From assembly GCA_965644265.1 (NCBI GenBank), contig OZ286471.1, positions 49,414,001-49,478,000 on the forward strand: a stretch of 64,000 bases of DNA. The letters are read 5' to 3'. This document shows positions 13,993 to 28,900 of the stretch, in pieces. Origin of the DNA: Glycera tridactyla. Lineage: Eukaryota. The translations under genes were made by a program, and so were the position numbers. The notes beneath the pieces were generated by a model. The model ran no database searches. It was not told the DNA's origin and was given only the letters and a program-made list of their open reading frames with translations. Every line of letters starts with the position of its first letter. Within the stretch, counting starts at the first letter, position 1.

Positions 13993-16900
13993 GCTGGTGA
14001 GACCCAACCTGAATATTTGTGTCTATGTGTGTGCAGACCTCAGTAATATTTTTCTTCTCTCTTACAGATTGGTGCCGTCTTCACAACTACTCAAGGCTTC
14101 ACACTGACAGACAGTAACCGTATTGATACCTACAATTCGGGACTTGTTGCAAATCCTAGACAGCGAAGTCTCGACTACCGTGACTTCCGATCCATTCCAT
14201 CAGGAGTCTACTACTGGTCGATGCCAGACAAATTCTTGGGTAACAAAGTAAGATGTATCCATCAATTCTCATAGGTAACATCAAGGTCAGACTATATACT
14301 CCATATTACAAGATTTATTCCACTGATCTTCTTCATTTGGTACATATTCACTTAGAAGAACCTTGCTCTGCTCTAAGTACATTTGGAACTGCGTCAATGG
14401 TCACCTCATTGGTTTGGTAATAATCATGAGAGTTCAATTTGTACATTCTTACGATGTATTGTTGAATTTAGTTTCTTTCTGACTGACAGTGGTATATCTT
14501 GTAGATTAATTCTAATGTGAGAGCACCTGTCTACAATGTACCCTTTCCATGCAACTGTGGGTGGTCTTCATAGATGAGTCTGTCTTTACCTCAATTGGAA
14601 TACCATCAGGGCTCTATATTGGCCAGAATTTTCATCAGCCAGAATGACCCCTTATCAGTCAAATGCTATCTAAATTTATGTAGCCATTCATTGGTGAGTT
14701 AAATCAAAAATTCTTGAATTCTGGGTAGGTGGGTTTATAATTTGGTAGCTTCTGGCTACCCATAGGCAGCAACATGGAGCCCTGGCCATCTTAAATGAGA
14801 GACAATCAGAGTACAAGAGATAACCATCTTAAATGAGAGGCAATCAGAGTATGAGAGATAAAAAGTTCTATGGTCATATATATTGGACCTTTGGTATTAG
14901 TGAGGTCAGTGATGATCAACAGTTTCATTGTGTCCTCTCTAGAAAAAGGAAGTCCCACTTATGCATCAAGTTTATCTGAGAATCATCCAATGGTGGCCAA
15001 TTTGAATTTGGATGTTCATTGGTCATATACCATTGCCATAACCTCAGTATGTGTTTCAGGGGTCATCAATGCTGATCTATATTTTCTGTTGCAGCTGTCA
15101 AGTTATGGCGGTGAGCTGAGCTTTACCATCAATTATGTACCTGGATTTGATTCCACGCCGAATAATGCTGCTGTCATTGAGATCTTTGTGAGTACATCCA
15201 TTTGAAATAATAAAGCCTGAGTCTATTCTTGATTTACATCGTGCATTTAGTTGTTTGTTTTGTTTGTTTGAGAAAATCTTAGTTCATGATAAGGAGATAA
15301 ATGTTTTACAGACTCTGATTTCCACCAGATCGACATCTCCATACAATTTCCCAATTTGAGAGTTTGGAGATGGATACAGAACCATAGTTTATACAAATGG
15401 AGAAACAAATCAATCTGGGGCACTGCTCCACTCAGCCAGTGCTTCGAATCTCTGCTGATTATCAGGAGTTATGTTGTCACATGAAGTATCACCTCTGATC
15501 CAGAGCAGCGACAAGTGGGTTTCATTATTGTGGATGTGACAATTGATACAGGGATGCAATGGAAAATGATGACATGAATAAGTGAGATATATTAAGATTC
15601 ATGATAGAAGTATTGATTCTTCACCATTCTCATCTGATTTATTTTTGGATTCAGGGTCATGATACCAAGCTGCAGTACCAGCATAGTGAGAGGACACTTC
15701 CTAACAGACCCAACACCATCTCTGTGACTTTGACTGAGGTATGTATAGTTTCACTATCTACTCCAGTAAAGTGTGCCTGTCTAATTAGATTCACCTCACT
15801 CATTGGAAGCGAAAAAGGGAACAAATTCGAAAAGATCCATCCTATTTTCCTAGGAATACCTTGGTGTATGATCACATTTTCTTCACAAATATATGGTAAT
15901 TGTTACTTTTTCATGTGAAGGGTCATTTAAAATGGATAGTTGGGGAAGCATTTCAAGATTCATATTGATCTAGAGTCCGATTTTGGACAACCATGTATAC
16001 ATGGTGACCTGACCTGTCTGTCGATATTCCATCATTTGTATGATAGTAATCATGGCATTCGAATATATGACTGTGCTGTCTCTCAGAAGAGGTTTCACCA
16101 CTGGAAATGTTTCCTAGGTGGTCAGGAGTAGGCACATAAGAGCAAAAGTTGGTCGATTTTCATGGATAGATGATTTCACAATGTACTCTTGCAGCAATAT
16201 TGGTCGCGTGAGGACGGTCGTCCAGCTACAAGAGAACACATGTTGATGGCCCTGGCCAATCTGGAGTACATCCTCATCAAGGCAACATATACAGGTTCCA
16301 CATCACAGACAAGGTATCCTCACTAGCTTTCATGAAATTTCTTATATCCAATATCGGGTCTGGCTTGTATGTAATCATCATCAACCATGCTAGTATGGAA
16401 GTGGGGTATAACCCAAGAAGTTATTTGATGCATGGTATAACCTCGCCCGGACACGTGCATGCTGATTTGTCATATAACAATCAAGGTCATTGGTTTGATT
16501 GATTGGTCACGGCGATAAACAAATCCAACTTACGTTGAATACTTGTGATTTCAGTCGCAAATTTGAGCATAATGGGTGAGAAATTGGTATATTGAATAAT
16601 GTATACAAAATGCCCTTCTGACGGGGCACTCGGGGCATTCTGTATGAATACCCAAACATTTCTCATGGTGATTTTCAAGATCTTGGAGGATCAGGATGAT
16701 AATTTGAATAATTTAAGGGCTCGAAACTCTGCAAAGCTGGCAAGATTATTGATTTTCATGCACTCATCTTGAATTTCAAATCATTAAATGCCAAAAGGTA
16801 CCGGGATTGTTAATATTTCCCACTTTTCTCATTCACACTACTTGTGGAAAGCATCCACTCTGCGGGGCATTCACAGCCACTGAGTGCATTTAGTTTGTAT

Positions 16901-19900
16901 GTGATAGTGGTGGTTGGTCTTAGTGATTTTGCTTCACAAGTATGATCAGAATTCAAGAGGTAAATCTGCAGTAGGATGGTTGGGAGATGTATTTCAATCA
17001 TTAGTCCTTCTAATTTCCTGATAGAATCACACTCACTTTTCTGTATGTTTTTTTCTAGTCTGAGTGAAGTTTCAATGGATGTAGCTTCTACTTCAAATAC
17101 TGGGCAAGATCAAGCTCTGGCTGTTGAACAGTGTACATGCCCTTATGGCTATGAAGGCACTTCTTGTGAGGTAAGTACGACTGGAATATGACTCGAAGTC
17201 TAAAATGTGCATTCAATTCAATTCAATTAATGGATGTGCCAGTGAGAGGTGTTGATAATCTCGACATTTTTGATAAATGATGGATATCTGCAATGTGCTC
17301 ATTCCTGCTACCATAAACAATATTTGCCTTTGTGAATACTTGATAGGGATTCGCACTGCAAACCAGATTTTTGGAGATATTATCTTCATTTGCACCAATT
17401 AACACATCTAAGTTTTCTTCTGCTTTTGGATAAAGAATAAAACCCATTCATCATTCTGGTGTATAATTTATGAAGTTGTATTATTTCAAGTTTTTCTTGA
17501 GTGTATGTATCAGTATGGAGTGAACTTCATCAATATGGTGACATCTACAGTAAAACCTGTCTATAGTGGAAAGTCACGGGCCAGATTTTTCTTTTCACTG
17601 TAGACAGGATTTCACTATATACAGGTCAATTATAGTGAAAAAAAAAACGTTCGGGCCAGATTTTTCTTTTCACTGTAGACAGGATTTCACTTTGGACAGG
17701 TTTACACTATAGCAGGTTTTACTGTATTTCTTCAGAGATGATCATCTTTTGTGCAGGGAGGTTCTTTGGATATTTTTTGTGGTGTATAGACAATGTAAGT
17801 TTTTTCAGAATATATTCAACGCCATAAAACAATATTGAAGAATGATAGTTACACTTTCTCATATCTTTGATGTTCCAGGAATGTGCAGAGGGATTCCGTC
17901 GATCAGGAGGTGGTCTCTATCTGGGCACCTGTGAGCCATGTAGGTGCAACGGACATTCGGGAGAATGTGACTCTGAGACCGGAGCCTGCTTCGTAAGTTT
18001 TTAATTTATTGCATAATTCAGTAATGTTTCGATGTCTTCAGCCCAGGTTGGATTAGATGAGACAAAAAGAATTGGTGAATTTTCACAAATATTGTTTATA
18101 TACTGCTTTTACTGCAAAAAATATAGTGGTGTATTTGCATGCATACTTCTTTACTTTGGGAAAAATACATGTATTGGCTGGACAATAGAGTACCCATGCT
18201 GGAGAATTTTTTTAAATGTTTGCAAAGTTCAGCGTGAATCTTTTACATGTACATAGAAACTGAAACACATGGATGTCTTTGGTCTTGATTTGTTCCACAA
18301 TCCATTCATAAAACCTGGTTAGCCTCTTTTTTGTCATGAGGTGAGGTCCCCTGAGGGACCCCCATTAACATCTCTCATTGGGGATAAATTGTCTTATGTT
18401 CTCAATGCAGGGGGCTTCTTAGATGCAATCTCTCAAAAGTCAGTGGTTTCTCAGCAGGGCAGCTCATTGCAGGTTTCAATGTAGTTGCAAATATATGTTG
18501 AATGAAGATGCAAGAAACAGGCCTGTTGTCTATACTGTACATGATACCTATTGCATGTGTGTTTCATGATATATATTGACATGCTTTCTTGATCTGTGCA
18601 GCTCTGCCAGCACAATACAATGGGTGATAACTGTGAACAGTGTGCTGCGGGTTATTTTGGTGATGCTACACGAGGGACACCCAATGACTGCCAACCTTGC
18701 ACCTGCCCACTTTCGATACCTTCCAATCAGTAAGTGTTTCTTTCAAAGTATTTGAATTGGTTAGTATCATCTTGAAATTATGAGGCCCAATGACTATGGA
18801 CTTTGAACAAATTTGATGGTTTCAGACATTGGTTCACTAACTGATGCATGGATCACTAGTTGGTGCCCACTTTATTGATGCACAGTGCATCTGATGAAGC
18901 AGATTGATGGAGGGCTTAGCTAAAATCTATACAATCACAGCTAAAATCTGGAAGGCCCATCACATTAGCTCTTTCAAAAGAATTTCAACTATCCCATCCA
19001 TGTGAATGACAGTATTGTCAGGTTTCATTGAAGAAACTGTGTTTTTCTATCCAAATTTGAAATTAGGCAGGGTAGAAATACCTAATCTCACACATGTGCA
19101 GCCTTGATGAGAATGTCATAGGCATCAAGGAATAATCATAATGAAAATGATTGAGCTCCATCGTTGATGATGTTTGGTATGTAATGCAGCAGATATTTTG
19201 TGGAGGATTTTTGCTGTTCAGTGTTTGTTCTGATATTTGTTTCCAGATTCAGCCAGACATGTTATCTGTCTCGGGATGGACAGGCGTACTGTGATGCCTG
19301 TCAGGAAGGTTACACAGGGAGGCAGTGTGAGAGGTATATAGAACAATATCCAATATATGTTGCCAAAGACCATCATCTTTGGCAGCATTTTCTCCCCTGA
19401 ATGGTAATCTCTAGTCTAGGCATATCCTGTGCCAGACTCCAACAGGTACCACAAAGAGAAGTTTATCTGAACAGAGCTCTTGTCACATATGCATGGGTTC
19501 TCGATGAGATCAAATCCTGTCATTGAATATGCTGATGCTTGTCAAGGTACAGAATTCAAGCAAATAGTATAAATACCACTGTTATGTACTTTCATCAGTT
19601 GATATACATTTCATCCATCAGTGACTTTCATGAAACTCAAATTTTGGTTGAACTGAACTGCTGATGAAGAAATGTCAATCATAGTCTGAAAGACCATATT
19701 CATGAATCTCCAATCACTTTGGTAGGCACAGCATGATAGATCTGATTTTTGTATTTGCTCATTCTTAGATGTGCCCCAGGCTATGAAGGAGATCCTACTC
19801 AACCTGGAGACTACTGTCGTCGTACCTCAGGAGGTGGTGTCACAACTGAGAGACCTGGTCAGTATACATGGCAACATTATCCTATCAATTGTGAGCCCCA

Positions 19901-22900
19901 AAAGACTCACATAGAAATGTTGACACTCATTGTGATAATGATCAGATCTGAGGTGTTTATTCCCATATTTTACTTTTTGAAGTATATCGAAGACTCATTC
20001 AAACCTACCAGCAGCAGTCAAGTAAAATTTTCCATCTATTTCCACAGCACCATCTCAATGAAACAAAGCAACATTTTGACTTATGGATTCTGAAAATGCA
20101 ATGGTAGTGTGAGCATAGTGATTGTAATGAAATTATGCTTCAAGCATGGCAACCTACATCATCGATTTGATAATGACTCACTAAGCATCTGTCTCTGCAA
20201 GTCTTTAATCAGCCACAATACAGTCAAACCTGTCTTGGGAGACTGCCCCAGATGCCAAAGAAAAGCGGTCTTTCAAGACAGGTGGTCTCTCATTTGAGGT
20301 ATATTTGACTATGTCAATAGAGAAGAGCCGATAAAGAGCGGTCTCCCATTAGAGGGTGGTCTCCCAAAAGAGGGGTCGCTCGAGACAGGTTTCACTTATC
20401 TAAAAAAAAAAAAGTGCTGAACTTATCTGGTTCAAATTTTGATGTACATCTCAATTTAATGGTCATGTCAATAGAGAAGAGCCGATAAAGAGCGGTCTCC
20501 CTTTAGAGGGTGGTCTCCCAAAAGAGGGGTCTCTCAAGATAGGTTTCACTTATCTAAAAAAAAACTGCTGAACTCACTGGCTCAAATTTCGATGTACATC
20601 TCAATTTGATGGTCATGCTAGGACTTGATGGAAATCTAAAACTTTCAGTTATCAAATTTATGAACATGCATCAAAAGTCTTCCCAATATCACATGTTTCA
20701 TGCGTCTTTTTCTTGACAGGTCCAAGTGATATCTGTGGCTGTGATGGCCGAGGTGTTATTGAGAACTTCAGGTGTGATCCTTTCTCCAGAAACTGTGTTT
20801 GCAAGGTGAGTGAAGGTCATGTATCTAGCCATCACACCCGATTAGGAGAGCTTCAACTGAACAGAATTTATGTCTATTCATTTCATCATATTGAAATCCC
20901 TCAAAATCCTGATATTAGCTATGTTTATATGAGAATTTATTATTTGGAATTCTGTCAGTGTGATTTAGCTCATTGATTGAGTGATTCTGATATGATACTT
21001 GATAGATTCTGGTCAATCAATTATAAACCCTAAGTCAATCATATGTGAAAATAAAGATGGTATCACACTCATCCAGTACAATAACGTCGCCCGCCCAGTC
21101 AAAGTTGAACTGGCCATCAGTGGAATACCTGACCGGGATATTGGGCACTTTGAATCTCAGATCCCTGAAGGATGGAGACCTGGGGGCCCAGCCAAGTTTG
21201 AAAGAATCTTGACCTCTGTTCAACTACATTCATAGCCCTAGGGAAACAGCTAGTGGATCCAAAATTGAATACATGACCTTCCTATGAATAAGTGTGAACT
21301 TTTTAGAGAAAAGAGAGAGGTGAACCACGCAAATGAGTTTGATTTGCTGGAAATCATTAGCTGTGAAATTCAGGATGGTAGTGTTCAGATGATAATCAGG
21401 CTGGTGGATTTGGCTGAAAATGCATTGCACATGTGTTGTGAACGTTCATGCTACAATTTCAGACAAATGTTGGAGGTTTGACCTGTGAGAATTGCAATCC
21501 AGGATACTTCAACTTGGCTCATAGCAATCCAGATGGCTGCTCTCCCTGCTACTGCAGTGGCCGTTCCACTGACTGCGCATCATCTGGATATTACAGAGAT
21601 CAGGTAGGTTCTGCTTTTACTGCATATACTGTTATATCCTGGGTCTATCTGGGTGTGTTTATCACATGCTATTTCTTGATAGAAATACATTCTGAAGATG
21701 ATCTTTTGAAGACTAGTATATACCCAAAGTAGCCTGGCAGGATTGTTCGTTTTGGCTGCCATCTTGTCATCTACATGGCCAACACATGTTAGGGCTCACT
21801 CATTCAGGTCGTAGCTGCTGCGTGATTGGGGCCAGACTACCGAGAATTTGTGAGAAAATACAAAGGCGGGGATACTGGGCAAACTCGTTAATATTGTTCA
21901 TGATATCCCATAGTTTGAGACAGGTCCGCGAGTAACAGATACATGGTCATAGCATGTGATTAATAGCAGCTGACACCACAGAGGCCCTCATTATTAATCA
22001 TTTCTTCTCTTGCTACTTTAGCTGTAATTTTTGAGTCTTGCAAAGCATCATTCAGTATGAATCACTCATACCATATCGGGCCAACAAGTGAATAAATTGT
22101 GCCCATCACCACGCAATCACATTAATTGTATTTGTAAAGCAACTATTTTGACGTGAGAATGAGGAAGTGTTGATCAGTATTATTTATCTTCGATATATGA
22201 CGTGAAAGTTACTCATGATTATAGATCACTCCCTCAATGACCAGAGATCATGGATTCCATCTGACATCAAGGACATTGTATGAGAAGATTGTCGATGGCT
22301 TCGAGGTCGATCCATCCAGAAATGAGGTCCGATTCAACCGATTCAGTGATATTCAGCAGGATAGATCCAGCTTATTCTTCAGGCTTCCTGAAGAGTTCCA
22401 AGGAAATCAGGTAAAGTGCATTCTTTAACCCTTTACTGCATATGACGCCGTTTGACGCATACACTCGTGTGCATGGAACGCTGATTCACGCATACCCTCA
22501 TGTGCATGAAACGCCGATTCACGCATGTCCCCTGGTGCATGAAACGCCGTATGACGCATCTTGGCGGAAATATCGCGAAAAAATGAGTTGACATACTTCA
22601 GAAAATAATCAATTTGCAGAGCTTTCACTGCGAGTATCGATATGAACGAAACACAATCGTGAAGAGGAGAGCCTGGCCTTCCCCATCGTATATGTTCTAA
22701 AAATAGAACGTTTAGGTCATGTGACTCAGAACCACGGATGTAGGAATTTCCCGGCAAACTAAAGCCAACAAGGAGGCTAGATCCAAGATGGCGGCACACA
22801 GGGATGAAACTTCTGCTTGACATCTCGACCGTTTCTGGCGAATATTTGACGGATTTTCAGGATTCAAACATGGAATATATACAATGGGATATCTGCGGAT

Positions 22901-25900
22901 TCAATCGTGTAATCGTTTTCACTGTGAGTTCAATATTTCAATGGTATTTTTGCTGCTAAAGGTGATGTGTGCAATTCGCGGAAGCCACATTTTTGAGACG
23001 CTGATAGCATTATAGTTGTCAAAGCCAGCCGGCAACTTGTGCCCCAGTTTGTGAAGAAACTATTTGAAATATCGACATGCCGTCTCCACAAACGTGTGAA
23101 GGAAGTTCTTTTGAACATTTCAGTATATGAATTATGCAGTTTGGATCAGAATTCTTGGCGAGATGGCAGATATTCCATATGAAAGTCTTCAGAGAAAATT
23201 CAAGATTCACACGTCAGAATGAGGCTGGATGGTTATACACAGTTGATTCAGACTTCACTCTTTATTCGGCTCTCATTTGGCAAATATCCGTCATATTTTC
23301 ACACTTCATCCTTACCCCCCACACAAAGAGAACCCAAGGAATACATCTATTGCATGTTCTTTCACGGATTTTGGTTATTTCTTGGATTATTTCGCAGTCA
23401 AGATGAAGTGATCCTCCGCGGAAAATTGCGCAGTTAGCTATGATCAGCTGTCTAGTTGTCAAAGCCGCCCGGCAACTTCCAACTCCATTTATGAAGTAAC
23501 AGTTCTGAACAGTATTCATGAAGTGATGGCAGATCTTCCTCGCAAAGTCATTGATGAAAACTCGCGATTCGCTTGTCAAAGCGAGTGAGAGTGGTTATAC
23601 AGACGCCACTCTTCATCCCGCCTCCATTCAGCCAATATTCGTCGTATTTTCACAGTTTTTTCTCCCATAACACACAAATAGAATACAACCAACACGTTTA
23701 TCAAATGATTTTTCAATGACGGACAATATTTCTTGTGTTTTCATCGCTGTTTTGGTTGAGAAAATATCCGGCAATCATTCGTCAGTATTTGGTAATTTTT
23801 CTCCCCCCAAAAGTTGTGCGTAAATCTGTACTCAACTTGCATTTGTGAAGAAACTATTCGGCATGCCATTTTCACACACGTGTTTGTTCGTTTCTTGTGG
23901 AGCTAAAAATGATTTTTTCATGGAGATCGGCTCTGTATTTCTTGCATGAAAAATATTTTTCCGTGAGGGAGGTCTGGTTTGTTGACATGGTGTCTGACAT
24001 GTATTCAGTGTGTACCGCCGGGATCATCGCGTCTGTCGTATCTGCTCTTTTGATCATCTGTGATAAAATGCCAATTCCAATCGAAAATCCATACTTACCA
24101 TCGTTTTCTGCGTGTTCTGTTTGCCTTATACAAATTTTTTGATGGTTATTGGTAGACTATTATGGATGCAGGGCTTCACATTAGCCCCTATGCATTCTAG
24201 TTTGGTGGTGACAAAATCATGTCATGACGTGAGTTTTTCATGCACACGGTGTTGTTAAGGTATGCGCTGAGAAGCACGTCATGGCAATCTGGTGAATATG
24301 CATAGATGCACATCACGACGCAGCGGTGTATGCAGTAAAGGGTTAAGCGGCTTACTTAGTGTACCATTTCTCTCATGTACTTCTAGAGGTAACTTGTCAA
24401 TGAAACGCTTATCATAAGTGAAATTTAGGATATGCATATGATCAAGCCGAATTTTGTGAAAAGCTTTGATTGCACACAGCTCAACATTCACAGAGAGTGA
24501 CCCCAAGTAGTATATATCCGATTTGATTCTATGTAAGCTTCTTATGTTTAATTTTTTTGCGATGAAAGTGGGTCCCCATTCTTTTTTGTCACATTCATGA
24601 TTGGAATATTTGGCGGGGAATCAGCAACTATTTCCTTTGTTCACTAAATTAAAAACCCTTCAGAGAAACTGACATGTCTCCGTTTCCTATTTCGCCTTTC
24701 CTTTTGGTCTTGTGACAGGTAGAGTACTCTTGGATGACATTGCATATTTTGTGTTTACTATTCTGCACAGATTGCTTCCTATGGAGGAGATCTCAAGTTT
24801 ACGCTTGAATACAACCATGCTTATGACAGTGGCGAAACCTTCAGAGACATTGACCTGGAGATTGCAGTGAGTATTATGACCTGAGGCTATGAACTGTGAC
24901 AAAAAATAGTATTGAATTTGATTGAATGACCATGGAGAGTAGGCCTAACCTCATTGTAAACAGTTCAGCATATGCCGATGTAACCATGTGTAATAATTTT
25001 CACATGATATCTGAAAAATGCTCATCAGCGAGCGAGCCCATATACATGTTTATTGAACTAATCATTGCAGTGTATTGGTACACATGTACATATCTTCTTT
25101 ATTAAATGAATACAGACAAAAGCATTTCCAGAGATACGCTTTAACTCAGCTCACACAAATAGGATGTTTAAGCAAATGACCCTTACACTGTTTCAATTCA
25201 GGAGAAATGAGATGGATCATCACATTCATCTTGAAAATGGCAGTATTTCTGTGTAATCAACTGTCTTCCATTGTTGACAATCTGCTACAATCGTCACTCA
25301 GTGGAACTTGTCCCAACCTTTTGTATGCTGGAATGAAGTCTGTAGGAATGACTTATCCAATGTACCTATGAATTATTTTGACAGGCCGGCAGCCAGCGTT
25401 TCTATGTCCTATTCAACCCAGCTCCACAAGCCACCAGCTCCAACATTTACTCTATTTCCATGGTTGAGGTGAGTGAATATGGCTGCTTTGATCCATTACA
25501 AGTCTCTCTTCACTTCTGATATGATTCCTCAGACTCAGATGTAGGCTGCTCCTGAAATAATGTGCCACCATTCATGAAGACTCTCATGGGCTCCTCATTC
25601 ATAGGCAAATGCACAAGCTATGCCGTTGATGCCCCTCTGGAATTCTTGCTCCTACCTGCACTAGTTACCAGATAGTGTTGAGAATACAAATTGTCCCATG
25701 ATGGGTCTTTGGAAGGCAGGCTGTGAAATAGTATTCTTCTGTTCATAATCCCATTCATGTATTGGTGCATGCATGTGTGCATCTGTTGATCCCAAATTTA
25801 TGTAATACACATTTCCAGAATGGTGTACTGATCCCCTGCAAACAAATCAATGTCGATTCATAATAAATCTTATCTATCATTAGGGCATGTGATTGACTGC

Positions 25901-28900
25901 CCATGAGCAAGTTAAATGCTGATGTACTCACTGTGATAGGTGTCACATTGGTTGATGTTCGTTAACCATGAGATTTAACTTTGTTCCAAAGCCTATTGTA
26001 TTCAAATCCTTGCCACTACAGTATCCATCATGTAACAGAAGTTTTCAGAACTTATGCCAAGCAGAGATATCGAGTCCTCAGCTGATGCCATGAGCAGGAT
26101 ATTTAAAAAAACAAAACATGCATTAATCGTAAAAATACTAAGATACCTATTGCTTAGGGCAAGTTTCTGCTCAGTAAATCTTTTCATTTGTGTCTGTCCT
26201 AATTTTGCTCTTTTGTTCATGTTATTTCTGACAGAGCTCATTCAGCAAGACAGATGGGACCAGACCAAGTCATGAAGAATTCATGGAGGCATTATCTAAA
26301 CTTGATGCCATCCTGATTCGTGCAACATACCACACCCTCATGGCTGATGCCATGCTGCGAGATGTATCATTGGACACCGCCATAGAGCGTAATACTGGAC
26401 AACCACAGGCCAACATGGTTGAGAAGTGTACCTGCCCTACCGGATATTCAGGTCTCTCTTGTGAGGTATGCACTATGTTGATCTATTTGAAGATATTTGT
26501 ACTAGCCTTTCTGTCAAGACTCTCCTTGGTCATGTGAGAAAAATGTGGGGAGGTGATATACACATGTACTGTAAAACTACCATGGAAATCAATACAGGTA
26601 AGCACTTTGAAGCCATCATGATTTAATCTCTTGAGATAGTTAGTCATGGGTTGCATGTATATTTGCAAAGGTAGGATTGCTAATCAGTAATGTGCAATGT
26701 TGGCTTTCTGATGGTAATCACTTCATAATGTTTGTTTGCCCAGACTCTAATGCATAATCCCAGAAAATGTATGCAATGAGAGACACCTTAAATGTCACCT
26801 AAAAGTGGTCTCAAAAGAGGTGGTCTCTTGTTGGGCGTATATTTGACTATGTTGAACAGAAGAGCTACCCTGCAGAAGCTGTCTCCCATCAAATGTGGTC
26901 TCCCATGGGGGGGTGTCTCTCATAACTGAATTCTCTGAAATTGATCTGAATACTCAAATGATGAAATGAGAGCAACCTTCATTGCCAATACATTTTGTCT
27001 GGAACATCTTTTCGTTTGATCAGCAGTAGTAATAGAATCGATGGTGATATCTACCGATTTCAAGCTGTTGAATCTCTTTCCTTTCCTCAGATCATATTGA
27101 TGTGTGTAGTAATATGAATCGATTTGTTGTAGGAGTGTGCCCCTGGTTACACCCTCAGTTCAAGTGGCACCTGCACACAAGGAGGTAAGTGATGGCCTTA
27201 AATTCTATACATTCAGCTCCCAGTTCTCTATTTTACACTCTATTGCTCACTTTGTATTTGTAAGTGTGTATGCACATGTCTTTGTGTGTTTTTAGAAGTA
27301 ATAATATGGGAGCTCCTGATTCTGCACTTTCTTTTTCAGAAAAAAGGTGGGACAAATCTTCTAGGCCCATGCAAACTCACTTTCCTGATCCAATTACAAC
27401 AATAAGTATAAATATAAGTAAGACCTCTATTTGCACATCGGGAGAAGATTATAGTAATGCCTAAGCATATGCAGATAAGATTTTATCTGTGTGATGCATA
27501 CCACTTTGTTTCAATTAGTGGTTGAATCACATGCTTTTTCTTCTTTCAAGAACTATCGGGTAAAGTAACCTATTCATTTACTTTAAGTATCACAAGTATT
27601 AACATCTGCGGGTTGTGACATCTTTCAGTTAGAATATCTTCATATACTATAGATGAAGCTCTTCTGAATTTCTAACATCTCATAGATATCAAGCATGATG
27701 TTTCAAGCTCGGACATACAGCCTGCTTACAAATTGGAAACTGAAAGCCATCATAGAGATTGGCCTCTCCTTATGGCTATATGCTGTGGAGTGTTTTGATC
27801 AGAGGTTAAATGAGCTCTTTTGATAATCTCGTGTTCATAGACTGAAAACAAGCATTCACATCTCTTTACTATTTAAGACATAAAATGTATCTTGTCGTTG
27901 ATATCTGGACAAAATGTCATGATTGGTAGATCAGAGTGAATGTGATATTTGAATGATAGCTGGTACCGTTGACTCTATTCAGATGGTACTGGCTCACCAT
28001 CCTCTACTGAAATTCCTTCAACAACTGTGGAACTACCAACACCGTGTGCACCTCATGAGTATGAGTGTCAAAATAGTTTATGCATTCCTGCTGAACTTGT
28101 ATGTGACCTCCATGATCACTGTGGTGACAATTCTGATGAGCTAGATTGCGAGGAGCAAGAGGAGGAGGAGGGTGAGCGATCTATTTAAGGATCGCTTTGC
28201 TGTAGGAATTCCCCCAGGATATACATAAATATACATCTGTATTGTCTCCTGTCCTTCCGCTCTTGCCTGTCCCATAACTACCATTCCAATCTCATTAGTA
28301 TGAAGTTGGCATTTATCCTGGCATATAAGTCAACCTGTTGAATAAGTCAACCCCCTGATTTCACCTTGCAAAGTATGGATTCTGCTAAATTCTTGCATTT
28401 AAGATGACCCTGATATTCTTGTAAGATTTGGCATGGCAAGTCATGATCAGCAATAAGATCCATCAAATCCCTTTTGCCTGCATACTCCGATAAAACTTGT
28501 CACGAGTGACCCCCTGACTAGCTACCATCTCTGGCATTTTCCTGTGTCTTGCAGACTAGGGCAATGCCATCAACATTTGTGACATTGGCTTTTCTCAGGG
28601 TTTGATGAAGCTCAGGATGGTGACCTACCCAAGGATGTTTGTGTCTACTAGATAATTTCATGATGTTCTTGGAGAAAATGTCTTGATTCTCTCAAAGATG
28701 ATTATGAACCATTCAAGTGAAATTGATACATTTGTTTGCATTGGCACTATTCATCAATCCTCGTTTGTATTTTGACATTTGGAGGTATATGATGATTGGT
28801 GGATTTCATTGATAGTCAATCTCACATTTATGTCCAGCCTTTCATTTTTGGCTCATATTCTGGTCTGAGATATACAATAAGATAAACCATCTGTATGGTA

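Noticed and set aside
24719-24770. Alternative acceptor GACAG| upstream of the L4-3 exon
   Set aside because: The downstream CACAG| at 24770 gives the SYGG motif, size and phase matching the paralogous repeats.
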